A DNA stretch of 64,000 bases from assembly GCF_001194135.2 (NCBI RefSeq), contig NC_069008.1, forward strand, positions 1,556,261 to 1,620,260, written 5' to 3'. The notes beneath the pieces are model-generated. The model did not search any database. It had not been told where the DNA came from and saw only the letters and a program-made list of their open reading frames with translations. Positions 20,839-34,196 of this stretch are shown here, piece after piece; position 1 is the first letter of the stretch, and each line of letters starts with the position of its first letter. This DNA comes from Octopus bimaculoides. Its lineage: Eukaryota. The position numbers were made by a program, and so were the translations under genes.

Positions 20839-23800
20839 CTAACATCCTGGAATAATTCCGAAAACGAAGAAGGAACTGTCTGAAATACCGAATCCAAGAA
20901 CTGTGAAGACTTCGTTGTCTTCACCATCAAGGAATAAATATTGTTTTATACTTTCAGATGTTTGGTGTGGCATATCTCCAGGTATCTGGTAAATATTGTT
21001 ATATATGTCTGTTATATAAACATATTCACCATGTATATTTAGACAAGGTCTGTAAATATAATTCTGATCAAAACCTGGCAGTAGTTTTATACTCCTGACC
21101 AACAACTGTTCCCTGTACCAACAGATAATATAGTGACCACCACTCCACCTCTGCCAATCCTTCCATTTCACAATAACAATATCTCCACCAGATGTCACTG
21201 CTATATCACTCACCAGAACCTCTCTCTCTTTCTTCAACACATCCACTCCAGAACACACCCGACAATTATATTTACATGTCCCACCATCAATATCAACTAT
21301 ATCGACATAGTAGTTGTAATAGCATCTTCCATCTTTAGTTCTGTCTCCAATATCATGACCACCACACACGAGTTGATTGTCGCCGTGTTTATAAATCCTG
21401 TTGTAGTATTTCTCAGTGTTGATGGTTTTTAAACAACAGAGATCTCTTTCAAAGAACATTAGCTGTTCACCAAAGGCAACTATGAAACATTCATCTGTCC
21501 ACCGACATATGTCTAGTGGTGGTTGAGGTTGTGGTAGTTGTTTATGTTGAAGTATGTCACCTGTTGTGGTGATCACTGTGACTGTCTCTAAACATAAACA
21601 CACTGACATTGTTGTCTAACTCAATTAGTTTACTGTTGTGATCCTTGGTGTCCTCAATATCATAATTAACAGGTTCCTTGAATGCAGGAATGGAAAAAGG
21701 GACCATTGCTGTTCTATATGGCAGTCTCCTCACTGATATTTCATCAATTCCCGACATACACTCTGCTATGTAATTACCACACCTAACCATGAATCTACCT
21801 TTACCAACTATTTCACCCGATTTACTTCTTTCTTCTCCATTGTATTTCAATTTAATTAATTCACTACTGTCTATTTCATTGTTCATCTGAGATGTGATGG
21901 AAGGGAAACAAAGACCAGAATCAAGTTTTGATAATGACATAGATTCCAGAACCTCCAGTTGGTCCCCATCAATCTTTAGACTATGAAATTCACTCAAGCT
22001 AATATGTTGACACCAGTAAATACCCCCCACTTTTCTCCATATTACACCATAAGGGACGAGACTTGTCCAAACTTTATAATTCACCAAATCTTCTCCATTC
22101 AGTTGAAATATTTCTTGTCTGTCAGGAACTGTAATCATATTATGTGTTTTCCTTGTGTAAAACACACACCACCAACTAAACTTGCCACATTTCTGTGACA
22201 TAGCAGCTCCCCGTCTTTATCAAATATTTTAACATTTCCATTATTGGCTTTTTCACATACAACTGTCTTTCCTTCATCAGAGATATCAATATCTTTTACT
22301 TGAACAGGGCAATTGTCTGTCTGTAAACGACAGACGACGAATCTTTCCCGATTAGCCTTAAACAAACCTTCAACATACAATTTGTTACAATCACTATATC
22401 TGTAGCTTCCAATAAACCTTGGCCCTTTACACTTTATACAGGAGAAATTTACCTTATCTTTATAAATTCTTTTATTTAAAAATATTCTGTTGTATTCACC
22501 AGTCTGTGTCAAACAGACAATGTTTTTATATTCACTGTAGTCGCTAAAATATCTTTCCCACCAACCATGAACGAACAAAAAACTGTCATCAATTGTCATG
22601 TTATAAAACCCAAAATAATCTCGGTAGGTTCTGACAGAATGTAAATACTGACCATCACCGTTGAAGAAAATGATGAATCGTTTATTATGAACAATAATGA
22701 CATCATTAGCATTAATTACAACATTATAGATCTCATTAATATAATTACTACCCCCATGGCTGTATTTTGTTAATATCTCAGGTATGTCTATTTGTTTATT
22801 TTCATTGACAGTCAAATGTATTTAGTCAATATCAACAACATACAACTTACATTCGTCTCCCCATTTACTAAAAACCAGTTGACTGTTTGACAATGAAGCC
22901 ACACATTCATATTTATTTCTTGTCTGGTAATTTACCAATGACAATGGAAATTCCACTTTTAATGTCAACAGTTGGGGTTCAACAGCATTATCGTCGTCAT
23001 CATGATCATCGTCGTCACCACTATCATCATCGTTGTCATCATAGTCACCACTATCATCATCGTCATCATCAGAACAACCAGTCATAATAGCCAATGTGTT
23101 TGACTGCCATTGACACATATTGATAAAGTAACTGACATTCAATTTGACAGAATTCAGAAGTTGTCCATCAAATGTGAATATCATAATGTTTTTATTATTA
23201 ACGTCATATCCTGCAATCAGGTTATTTTCAGTAATGATTGAACTGTCGATTCTCATTGGTTCTCTGTTTTGTAAACCTGTAGGGACAACATCAATATGTC
23301 TAGCTTTGTCAGATCCTGTAGATATAATTTCGAAGACAACATTTCACTGACACAGATGTTTCTGGAAAACACATCTACCAGGTCAGTGCACATGTCAAGC
23401 TGCTTATTAGTAATGTGATCTCTCACCACCAGGTTATGATCAGTCATAGCAAACATACGGCTGTTGTCAATCAGATAAACAAACAATTTATCAATACATC
23501 CACCAAAGAAATCGAGGGAGGGTTTCATATGTGACAATAAAGCACCAGGGACCATCTTACTATTACTGCAACTATCACCACTACTATTGAACTGAAACAC
23601 TTTTTTCCTAGTAACAATTAATAGCTTTCGTGTTTCCTTGTCTATTGATAATGATTTCACTACAAAAGGGATATTAATTCTATGAATGATTTCAACTCGA
23701 TTATAATTTTTAATAGTTAAAATATCTAAATGAGATGGTTTATCACAATAACAAACAATTTCACCTCCACCCATCTTACACACCCGTACATAAGGCTGCC

Positions 23801-26183
23801 CTAATGATACACTTCTCACTGTCTTTGATAGGTTTCCAATGATCCTTAATTGTTTCTGTAGGGGTAATGTGACACCTATTTGATGAGAATCCCATCGACA
23901 TATATCCGTAGCTGGAGACGGCAGAGATAATCTCGTCACAATGTCTCCTTCATTAGAAATGTATAACAAGCAATCATGGTTGATGTCGGACACCACCAAC
24001 TGTCCATTCTCCAGATTACATATTTTGCCAATGACAAGTTTTTTGTCATTCTTCTTTTCTTTGAGTCGTAGATTTAGATTTCTGATATAAGGATTTTTGA
24101 TGTGTAAACGACAGCTGGACCAGTCATGACATTTGAAAAGCAGAACCCTGTTGAGTACAATGTCCACTACATAAACTGTTCCTTGGAAAACAGCAATGTG
24201 AGAGGGAGCGGTTAGAGGTAGATTCCATTGCCATTTAATGTCACCATATATATTGTAACATATTACAATAGACTCTCTCCTGAACACAACATAGTAATAA
24301 ACATTATCAGAGTAGATGTGATGAGGGTAGCCACAGCATGGAAGGAATTTTTCAAAAAGTTCTTCACCACATGTGGAATAAAATACCATTTTATTTTTCC
24401 TTCCATCTAAGACTACAAAATTAATTGGAGTTGCAGCAATGGTGACATTTTCATGACCCAGAGAAATTCTTTCTATGATGTCAACTTTGTCCTCCTTAAT
24501 CAATAGGATATGTACTTCCTGTTTGTTTTCATTTGTGGCCAGAGCTAAACACTTATTGGATACAAGATGACATATCTTAATGTATTCAGCGTGGACCTTT
24601 ATTAAAGGGCCTTTCGTTAGTTCAGGACATGTGATATACTGAAGTGCTTTAATTTCCCAATAAAAAATAAAAAATGTTTTTGAGTTCAATCTACAAAAGA
24701 CAGAAGGAAGGAAGGGAAAAGTTGAATAATTCTGGCGAATTTTTCCCCCAATGTCAGTGAACAATATGGCTTCCTTATTCCTGGAGATTATTAACATAGA
24801 AGATGTTGACATAGGTAGAATGTTTGTAATATCATAATAATCTTCAATATAAATATGGTTGTACAAAGTGGGAGTATGCAGCTGGTTGGAGTAAGATAAC
24901 CTGGGCCAAAAGTCTTTAGTTGTCCTAACAGCATGAGGAAGACCAAAATAATCAATCAAGAAGATTGTACTCGAGTCAACAGAAATATACCGACCTTTCA
25001 TGCCAATTTCTTTCTTTGACACACCACCGGTGCCTGAAATCCTATAAATAATATGCCCCTGGAGGGCATAAAAATGGTTTTGGTACGTAGTTATGCTGAT
25101 TGGAAGTTCCAGAGAATGGGTACATACTTCAAATAACTTCTGACCATCTAGGTTATAACAAGCAACTCTGTTGATATTTGAAAATGACAGCAACAGCTTA
25201 TTCTGTGGACCTACAACAATAGCTGTTGGTTCCTCTTTGACACTGAATTGCTTTGTAATTTTATTATCTTCTCAATCAATAAAATTTACAGTCTTACTGA
25301 ACATTTCTACACCTATAACTGTAGAATGTTCTAAGTATGAAACCTTGTAAAAGCCTAATTGAAGCGTTTTAATTTTAAAACTCTAGGGACTGATAATTAG
25401 AATAATTTTCATAAATGGAAGGGTGGCTAGTACAGTGTCTTCACCGATTCTGGTAAAATCGGTGACAGAAGATGGGCAATGAACATCATTTCTGTTACCG
25501 TTTATTTTCACACAACACACCGTCATATAATGGTGGGAATACGTTACCACTCCACCCTGTATAATGATAATATTGGATATTGGGTTGCTGAAATCTTCAC
25601 CAGATTCAGCGAACTTTGCTTCTCTGATCACAACTGGAGAAAGAGGTCGAAATTTGTTGGTTATTTTTGGTGGATCAATGCTTCTGTGTTTGTGTTGCAA
25701 AACATTTTTCTTTATATATTGTTCCAGAAACCATTCAAGTTGTCCAAAGATAATAAAATTGTGGTTGTAATCATATTTCTTAATGTTTTTCTGCAAAATT
25801 TCAATTTTCTGTGTAAAATCTTTTAGAAAATTACTTTTATCCAATCCAACACTTTTTAAAATGGTACATATTTTTTCCCGCGAATTTACCAACATATTAA
25901 TTTTGTCTTCATATGCATTGAATCTTGTATAATACAGGCATTTGTCCAAAACAACTCGTCTTCCAATTGTTTTACACTTTTTATGGTCTTCTTTATGTCT
26001 TTTTTGTTTTGTTGTTGACTGAGATGAAGAACGGTTCTGTGACGTTTCTGTCACTAAAATATCTCTCCAACATCCATACTTTTTATTGTAGACTCCTTCT
26101 TCATCACTTTTTGCTGTTGGATCACAAAAATTTGTTTTCCGAGGATTAAGTATTCTTGAAGTGTTTCCTGTATTTCCTTCCAT
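20839..26183 (-). pseudogene. Disrupted single-exon ~1,780-aa protein with about six tandem NHL-like beta-propeller units
   Basis: Six collinear ORF pieces are joined by in-frame stops (TAG 25385-25383, TGA 25274-25272, TAA 22824-22822) and frameshifts (~23305, ~22140, ~21600). Recurring blade motifs: DICRW, NMCQW, LVVSD, VYITD. Acceptor ttttctttatAG at 26192-26191; AATAAA at 20813-20808. Confidence 0.75.
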
Positions 26184-27632
26184 AGTGAATCTATAAAGAA
26201 AACATATAGCTTTGTGAAACTATTAAATTTTAAAGATGTTTACTTCATTGTTTTAAACACACAACCAAAACACATATGCATTTCTGTCAGTGTATCAGGC
26301 TGTCAAATTAACGTTTAAACAATTTTTCATTAACCCTTTGGAAACAGAGCCTCATCTGGAGTTTCAGTGCCAAGAAGATGGAGCCCTTTTCACAAGCCTT
26401 ACAGAGGACATGCACTTATTTTTCAAAAATAATTATAAAAAATAAAGTAATTACTTTACACAAATAAAACTATATATTCTTGTAGGAAATTGAATGAACT
26501 AATTCAATCTTTGTCACTCAACTTTTTGGCCGATAGATTGGTCCTGTCCTCGCCTAAATGTTAAAATAATGATTGGAAATAAATATCTGATGATAATCTT
26601 TTGTATAAATATGTGACATATTAGTAAGTTTTATAAATTACATGGAATATAAAATATTGATTTCAAATTTTGACACAAGGCTAGTAATTTCAGGGGAGGG
26701 GGTCAGCCAATTACATTGACCTCAGTGTTCAACTGGTACCTATTTTATTGACTCAAAAAGGATGAAAGACAAAGCTGACCACAGCAGAATTTGAACTCAG
26801 AATATAAAGATGGACAAAGTACCACCCAGCATGTTAACAATTCTGCCAGCTCACAGACTTAAATGGAATATATATANNNNNNNNNNNNNNNNNNNNNNNN
26901 NNNNNNNNNNNNNNNNNNNNNNNNNNNNNNNNNNNNNNNNNNNNNNNNNNNNNNNNNNNNNNNNNNNNNNNNNNNNNNNNNNNNNNNNNNNNNNNNNNNN
27001 NNNNNNNNNNNNNNNNNNNNNNNNNNNNNNNNNNNNNNNNNNNNNNNNNNNNNNNNNNATATATATATATATACTGGAAATGATATTTTTCAACATCACA
27101 AGGTAATAGTCATGTCTAATTTAGATTTGTTTAATGATAATTAGTTTAACAGATTCACCTATTCCAAAAGTACTCCATAATGTACTCAGCTATAGAGAAG
27201 GTTAACTTTAATTGACATAAATTGTATATGTCACAATACACATAACAATAATGTTTAAACTTCATTAACACGGAGTAATTAGCAAAATATAGACATTAGG
27301 CTTCATATAAGTTGTCAGGTAGAAGATAGTTTGAACATTTTGATCACGTTCGACTTGAGCACTTCTTCGCTGTCTATGTGTTTCAAAAGAAAATTATAAC
27401 TATATACATTTCCTCTATTGAGCACTTCTCATAGACTGCAATAATGGCAAAACAATTTTTAGGTATTTCTACCAAGAACATTCTTATACCATCCAGGGAC
27501 ACATATATGGAATTTATGCAGTAGCAGCATGATAAAGTCTCAGAGATTTAGAAATATATTATTTCTATTTTCAAAAATTAGTGAATGTATTTCACTTGAA
27601 ATATGTTTTCAAAGGCGGATAGGAGTCAACAA

Positions 27633-27707
27633 CCAGCAGGCCATGCTATTCCGGACTGATGAAGAGCAATGACTCTGAAACTAGTTTCTGGATGCTGGCT
27701 TTGCTGG
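27633..27707 (+). ncRNA. Type I hammerhead ribozyme
   Basis: Stem I tccgga/tctgga extended by ggcca/tggct and ccagca/tgctgg; core CTGATGA 27656-27662; stem II agag-caatga-ctct; GAAA 27677-27680; palindromic stem III CTAG; GTT triplet 27684-27686. Confidence 0.8.
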
Positions 27708-29754
27708 GTGGAGGCACTTATCTCCACTTTGAAAACATTAGGACAAAGGAAATGTGTCAAGTCCTACAGGAAACGGTGTTTCCTAGGGCTAAATAACAGT
27801 AGCATTCTTCCCTTTTATGGGACTGTCACATTAAGTTGACAACATACTATTAGCAGTACATTTTGTATTCTAAATATAGCTCAAAGAGGAGGGAAAGAGG
27901 AAGCAAAAAGACTTTCGGTGATGACCACAACGCACCTGTTTTTTTGAAGAGGTCACCATCCTTAAACCCATTCTAATACAATGATAATAACTGGTGAATA
28001 GGAAGGGGGGATCCTCCTCTCTCTCTCTCTCTCTCTCCCTCTCTTTACCTATCTATCTCCCTATATTTCTATCTATCCATCTTCATTGTCAATAGAACCT
28101 CACCCCCGCCAAAAAACAACAACAATATNNNNNNNNNNNNNNNNNNNNNNNNNNNNNNNNNNNNNNNNNNNNNNNNNNNNNNNNNNNNNNNNNNNNNNNN
28201 NNNNNNNNNNNNNNNNNNNNNNNNNNNNNNNNNNNNNNNNNNNNNNNNNNNNNNNNNNNNNNNNNNNNNNNNNNNNNNNNNNNNNNNNNNNNNNNNNNNN
28301 NNNNNNNNNNNNNNNNNNNNNNNNNNNNNNNNNNNNNNNNNNNNNNNNNNNNNNNNNNNNNNNNNNNNNNNNNNNNNNNNNNNNNNNNNNNNNNNNNNNN
28401 NNNNNNNNNNNNNNNNNNNNNNNNNNNNNNNNNNNNNNNNNNNNNNNNNNNNNNNNNNNNNNNNNNNNNNNNNNNNNNNNNNNNNNNNNNNNNNNNNNNN
28501 NNNNNNNNNNNNNNNNNNNNNNNNNNNNNNNNNNNNNNNNNNNNNNNNNNNNNNNNNNNNNNNNNNNNNNNNNNNNNNNNNNNNNNNNNNNNNNNNNNNN
28601 NNNNNNNNNNNNNNNNNNNNNNNNNNNNNNNNNNNNNNNNNNNNNNNNNNNNNNNNNNNNNNNNNNNNNNNNNNNNNNNNNNNNNNNNNNNNNNNNNNNN
28701 NNNNNNNNNNNNNNNNNNNNNNNNNNNNNNNNNNNNNNNNNNNNNNNNNNNNNNNNNNNNNNNNNNNNNNNNNNNNNNNNNNNNNNNNNNNNNNNNNNNN
28801 NNNNNNNNNNNNNCTAGCTAGTCGTGAGTAGAAAACACAAATTTAATATAAAAACATATTTCCTGAAATTGCAAATTATTTAAAATATAAAAATATAATT
28901 TTCCACAGAGAGAATTTATCAAAATAGAAAACAAATGAAGTTTGAAGTTTAAAAATAATAGGATCGACCACTCACGACTAGATAGCGCGGACGCGCGAAC
29001 TTTCGAGTAATAGATAGATAGATAGATAGATAGATAGAGAGACAGACAGACAGACATATAGCTCGCTCCGGCCAGTCATGGTATTAGCTGTCAGTCGCCA
29101 AAGAATCGACAGGCATGCAGGCAGACAGACAGATACTTCACTAGCAGGCAGCACTTTCACTTCTGACAGCTAATAGCATGATAGTGCCAAAGAAGTATAT
29201 AAAACATGTTGGTTAACAAATTTCGTTGAACGAGTACCATCCGCTTTATGGCATCTACCCAAGCCGTGTACGATCTTTTCGGATCGCGCTGTTCTGTTAT
29301 ACATACACACACACATACCCGCATATACGTACACACATACATACATACAGGCGTATAAAACAAATGTCACTTCTACGCATGCGCCATAAGAGAACGGACT
29401 CCAATTCCGTTCTTTTTTTGTCTCATGTCTGATATTTCTCATATCTCTGATGCGGTTGTATCCATATTCTCCTTTATAAGACATTTCTGTAAGTATTCAA
29501 TAGCAAAACTATTATATCCGTTAATATTGTCTGTTTCCGTCGGCATTAACTGACTCCTCCCCCACCACCATCGCCTCGACGAAACACACTCTTTGATGTT
29601 GTCTTTCAGTCATCGATATCGATTCTGTTTTCTATCATTTTCTCAAATCTCTTTTACTTGTTTCAGTCATTTGACTGCGGCCATGCTGGAGCACCGCCTT
29701 TAGTCGAGAAAATCGACCCCAGGACTTATTCTTTGGAAGCCTAGTACTTATTCT

Positions 29755-30241
29755 GGTGGAGATGGAGTATATGTAATCTGGGTATACCCCACCCCTTTTA
29801 AATTTTGTTTTTTTTACGGAATCCCACGTTTTAGGCTATGGAGATTCCGATTCTGAAAAAAGATTTTCAAAAATCNNNNNNNNNNNNNNNNNNNNNNNNN
29901 NNNNNNNNNNNNNNNNNNNNNNNNNNNNNNNNNNNNNNNNNNNNNNNNNNNNNNNNNNNNNNNNNNNNNNNNNNNNNNNNNNNNNNNNNNNNNNNNNNNN
30001 NNNNNNNNNNNNNNNNNNNNNNNNNNNNNNNNNNNNNNNNNNNNNNNNNNNNNNNNNNNNNNNNNNNNNNNNNNNNNNNNNNNNNNNNNNNNNNNNNNNN
30101 NNNNNNNNNNNNNNNNNNNNNNNNNNNNNNNNNNNNNNNNNNNNNNNNNNNNNNNNNNNNNNNNNNNNNNNNNNNNNNNNNNNNNNNNAATTATAAATAA
30201 GGGGGGGGGAAGGTTCAGATTACATATAGTCCATCTCTACC
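29755..30241. mobile_element. GGTRGAGATGG MITE, 8-bp TSD, inserted into a SINE
   Basis: TIR ggtggagatggagtatatgtaatctg / cagattacatatagtccatctctacc; TSD CTTATTCT 29747-29754 and 30242-30249. Confidence 0.9.
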
Positions 30242-31507
30242 CTTATTCTATCTGTCTGTTTTGCCGAACCGCTAGTTTACGGGGACGTAAACACACCAGC
30301 ATTGGTTGTCAAGCGATGGTGGGGGGACAAACACAGACACACAGACACACACATATATATATACATATATACGACAGGCTTCTTTCAGTTTCTGTCTACC
30401 AAATCCACTCACAAGGCTTTGGTCAGCCCGAGGCTATAGTAGAAGACACTTGCCCAAGGTGCCACGCAGTGGGACTGAACCCGGAACCATGTGGATCGGT
30501 TAGCAAGCTACTTACCACATTTTTTTTTTCTATTTCTTGTTGATCTTTATCTTTTACTTGTTTCAGTCATTTTGCACTGCGGCCATGCTGGAGCACCGCC
30601 TTGAAGGATTTAGTCGAACAAATTGACTCTAGGACTTATTTTATAAAACCTGATACTTATTCTGTCGGAAAATGTTGCCGAACCGCTATGTTACGGGGAC
30701 GTAAACACGCTAACGCTGGTTGCCGAGCAGTGGTGGGGGACGAACACTGACACAAAGGCATACACCCACACAGTAATATAAATATATATACGACGGGCTT
30801 CTTTCAGTTTCCGTCTACCAAATCAACTCGGAAGACTTTGGTCGGCCCCAGGCTATAAAAGAAGATACTTGCCCAAGGTGCCATGCAGTGGGACTGAACG
30901 CGCGACGATGTGGTTGGGAAGCAGGCTTCTTACCGCAAAGCCACCCTGAAACTAATTTACACAAGAATAAGGTTGTTGATTTCTATTGCCTAAAATCTAG
31001 ACCATTCTCTAAAATCCCTATTTGATAGGGATAAGTTCATTAACTCCATTAAAAAATTATATCGCTAAGATGTAATATTGTTGTATCTTCTACTATTTAA
31101 ATATTTTCTGTATCTTATACCGTTGTTTCATTCTTTTTTCAGCTTATCAAATGACATTTGTGATTCAAGGATTGCTTACATGAGATATATCATCAGTATT
31201 TAACATCTTTTGAAGATTAAAAGAAAATGTTTTACAGAAATGATATGATCCAGATTATATAAACCTGTGATGAATTACAGTAAAATATTTCATTTGAACA
31301 GAGGTGAATAGCAACATTTTTCTTGCAACATTTAGATGATACATTAAGCTTGGACACATTAGCGAAGAAGTTTTTAGCTGCTTCGAATATCAACAAAGAT
31401 CAGAGATGATGGGAGTATAGTTGTAGAAATATTTGTTAAAAATAAATGTATAACTGAAAAGAAAAAAAAAAATTAAAGATCTCTGTTATAATGAAAGTAG
31501 AAAAATT

Positions 31508-32623
31508 ATGGAACATACGTTATGTGAGAAGAAAGATGAATTTAAAACACAATGTAAAACTATTAATTTTCCTGATGATATAAAGAAAGAGAAAAAGAAA
31601 ACACCTTATCAATGTGACATCTGTGGTAAATCGTTCTCTGACAAATGGCTTCTCACTAATCACAAACGTATTCACACAGGAGAGAAACCATATCACTGTG
31701 ATATTTGTGGTAAATCATTCTCTCAAAGTAGTTACTTAATTGTTCATGTACGCATCCACACTGGAGAGAAACCATATCACTGTGATATCTGTAGTAAATC
31801 ATTCTCTGATAAAGGAGCTCTCACTAATCACAAACGTATTCATACAGGAGAGAGACCACATCATTGCGATATCTGTGGTAAATCATTCTCCCAAAGGAGC
31901 AACTTAATTGTCCACATACGTATTCATACAGGAGAGAAGCCATTTCACTGTGATATCTGTGGTAAATCTTTCTCTGTAGGAAGTAGCTTGACTAAACACA
32001 AACGCATTCATACAGGAGAGAAACCATATCACTGTGATGTCTGTGATAAGTCTTTTTCTGGAAGTAGTGATTTGACTCTTCATAAACGCTTTCACACAGG
32101 TGACAAGCCATATCAGTGTGATATCTGTGGTAAATCATTCTCACAAAATACACACTTAACTGAACATAGACGTATTCACACTGGAGAAAAACCGTATCAA
32201 TGTGATATCTGTGGTAAATCATTCTCTGAAAGTAGTCCCTTAACTCTTCATAAACGCATTCACACAGGGGAGAAACCATATCACTGTGATATCTGTGGTA
32301 AATCATTCTCCCGAAGTAGTGAATTATCTAGTCACAAACGTATTCATACAGGAGAGAAACTATATCTCTGTGATATTTGTGGTAAATCTTTCTCTCACTC
32401 AAATACCTTAACTACTCACAAATATATTCATACTGGAGAGAGACCCTATCACTGTGATATCTGTGGTAAATCATCCTCAACATCTGGTCAATTTGCTATT
32501 CATAAACGTCTCCATACAGGTGAGAAACCATATAACTGTAATATCTGTGGTAAATCATTCTCCAAGTCTGCTCAATTCGCTATGCACAAGTGTATTCATA
32601 CAGAAGAAAAACCATATCACTGA
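31508..32623 (+). CDS. C2H2 zinc-finger protein B1 (12 fingers)
   Basis: 371-aa ORF of CDICGKSF-type fingers with a [18 protein letters not shown] leader. Confidence 0.92.
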   Translation: MEHTLCEKKDEFKTQCKTINFPDDIKKEKKKTPYQCDICGKSFSDKWLLTNHKRIHTGEKPYHCDICGKSFSQSSYLIVHVRIHTGEKPYHCDICSKSFSDKGALTNHKRIHTGERPHHCDICGKSFSQRSNLIVHIRIHTGEKPFHCDICGKSFSVGSSLTKHKRIHTGEKPYHCDVCDKSFSGSSDLTLHKRFHTGDKPYQCDICGKSFSQNTHLTEHRRIHTGEKPYQCDICGKSFSESSPLTLHKRIHTGEKPYHCDICGKSFSRSSELSSHKRIHTGEKLYLCDICGKSFSHSNTLTTHKYIHTGERPYHCDICGKSSSTSGQFAIHKRLHTGEKPYNCNICGKSFSKSAQFAMHKCIHTEEKPYH

Positions 32624-34196
32624 CAACTGTGGTAAATACTTCTCTAAAGAAGGCCACTTAATTACACATACATGTATTAATACAGAGTAGTGACTGTATC
32701 ATTGTCAATGTCCATCATCTTCATCTAACATCTGTTTTCCATGCTGGCATGGGATGGACGGCTTGAAAAGAACTGGCAAGATCAGGGGCTGCACCAAGCT
32801 GCATAGTCTATTTTAGTTTGGTTTCTATGGCTGCTGCAAAGTGGTTAACATTAGCATGAGCATTGGTGCCACATAAAAAGCATCCATGCCAGTGCTGCAT
32901 AAAAGCATCCAGTACATTCTGTGAAGTGGTTGGTGTTAGGAAGGGCATCAAGCTGTAGAAACCATGCCAAGACAGACATGGCATGTGAACAGCCCTTCAG
33001 CTGGTCAACTGTAAAACCGTCCAACTCATGCCAGCATGGAAAATAGATGTTAAATAATGATGATGATCATCATCATCATTATCATCCTCCTATCAGAAAA
33101 TCTCTGCAAAAGCTGACAGTGCAGCCTGGCGTAGTGCTGTGGCTCACCTGATCCTGTCAAACAGTCCAGCCCTTACCAGCATGGAAAACGGGCATCAGAT
33201 TGATGACGATATAGTACTTATAAAATACCAAGGTTAAAAATATTAATCTTAATCAGCAATTCATTAAAATCCATCTCATAAGATAAACATGGTATATAAC
33301 CATAAGCATGGCTCAGTGGTTAGGGCATTGAGCTTACAATTGTGAGGTTGTGAGTTCAATTCCTGAACAGACTGTGTATTGTGTTATTGAAGAAGATATT
33401 TTATTTCACGTTGCTCCAGTTTTACTTAGCTGTAGCAATGAGTTGTTGCATCACCGGTGCCTAGTTGTATCAGCCTTTGCTTTTCTTTTTGACAACATCA
33501 GTGGCGTGGAAAGGGGAGATGGGTGATGGTTTTCCACAAATAACTTTGCCTGGACTTGTGCCTTGGAGGGGAACTTTCTATGTGCAATCCCATGGTCATT
33601 TTTGACTAAAGGGGGGATCTTTACTAACCATAAAACCCTTTCTTTTAATGTTTAATTTATCTCCCAGCATAAAACTACCTTTGCTTCTAGGGGATCTTAT
33701 TCATGCCAGATGCACAGTAACTTTGCTAGTGCTGATGTCATGAACGGAGCACCCAGCTGAAGACATTGGCACTTAAAGCAGTCATTGGACTTGTCAGATC
33801 CTGTCAAATTGTCCAACGCGTACCACTATGGAAGATCAATGTTAAGAGACAGAGATTCTGAAGAATTGATTCTGGAAAGAAGATATAACAGTGTATGATA
33901 TTAATCTCCCAATATATTTTCTATAACTGTATCTGTATTGGTGAGATAACTTCTGTAATATTTCTAATAAAATAATTTCTTTAACATATTTATATATATA
34001 TATTTCATGTTAGATATTTTCTGAAGAGAGAAGAGATGCCATTGGTTTCATTGACATTGTGAATACAATAAAGGATAACATCACTGTACAGTTATTGTGT
34101 TGGAAATAAACAGTTAGAGACTCTGTTGTATTCTGATTATATGTATGAGAATATCTTCTTTGTGTATGTCTATCTATCTATCTATCTATCTATATA

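Noticed and set aside
23253-23256. ATGA start/stop overlap and closely packed ORFs resembling a bacterial or viral operon
   Set aside because: Protein similarity continues across every junction by stop read-through or frameshift, and a splice acceptor and polyA signal bracket the whole, so one broken eukaryotic exon explains it better.
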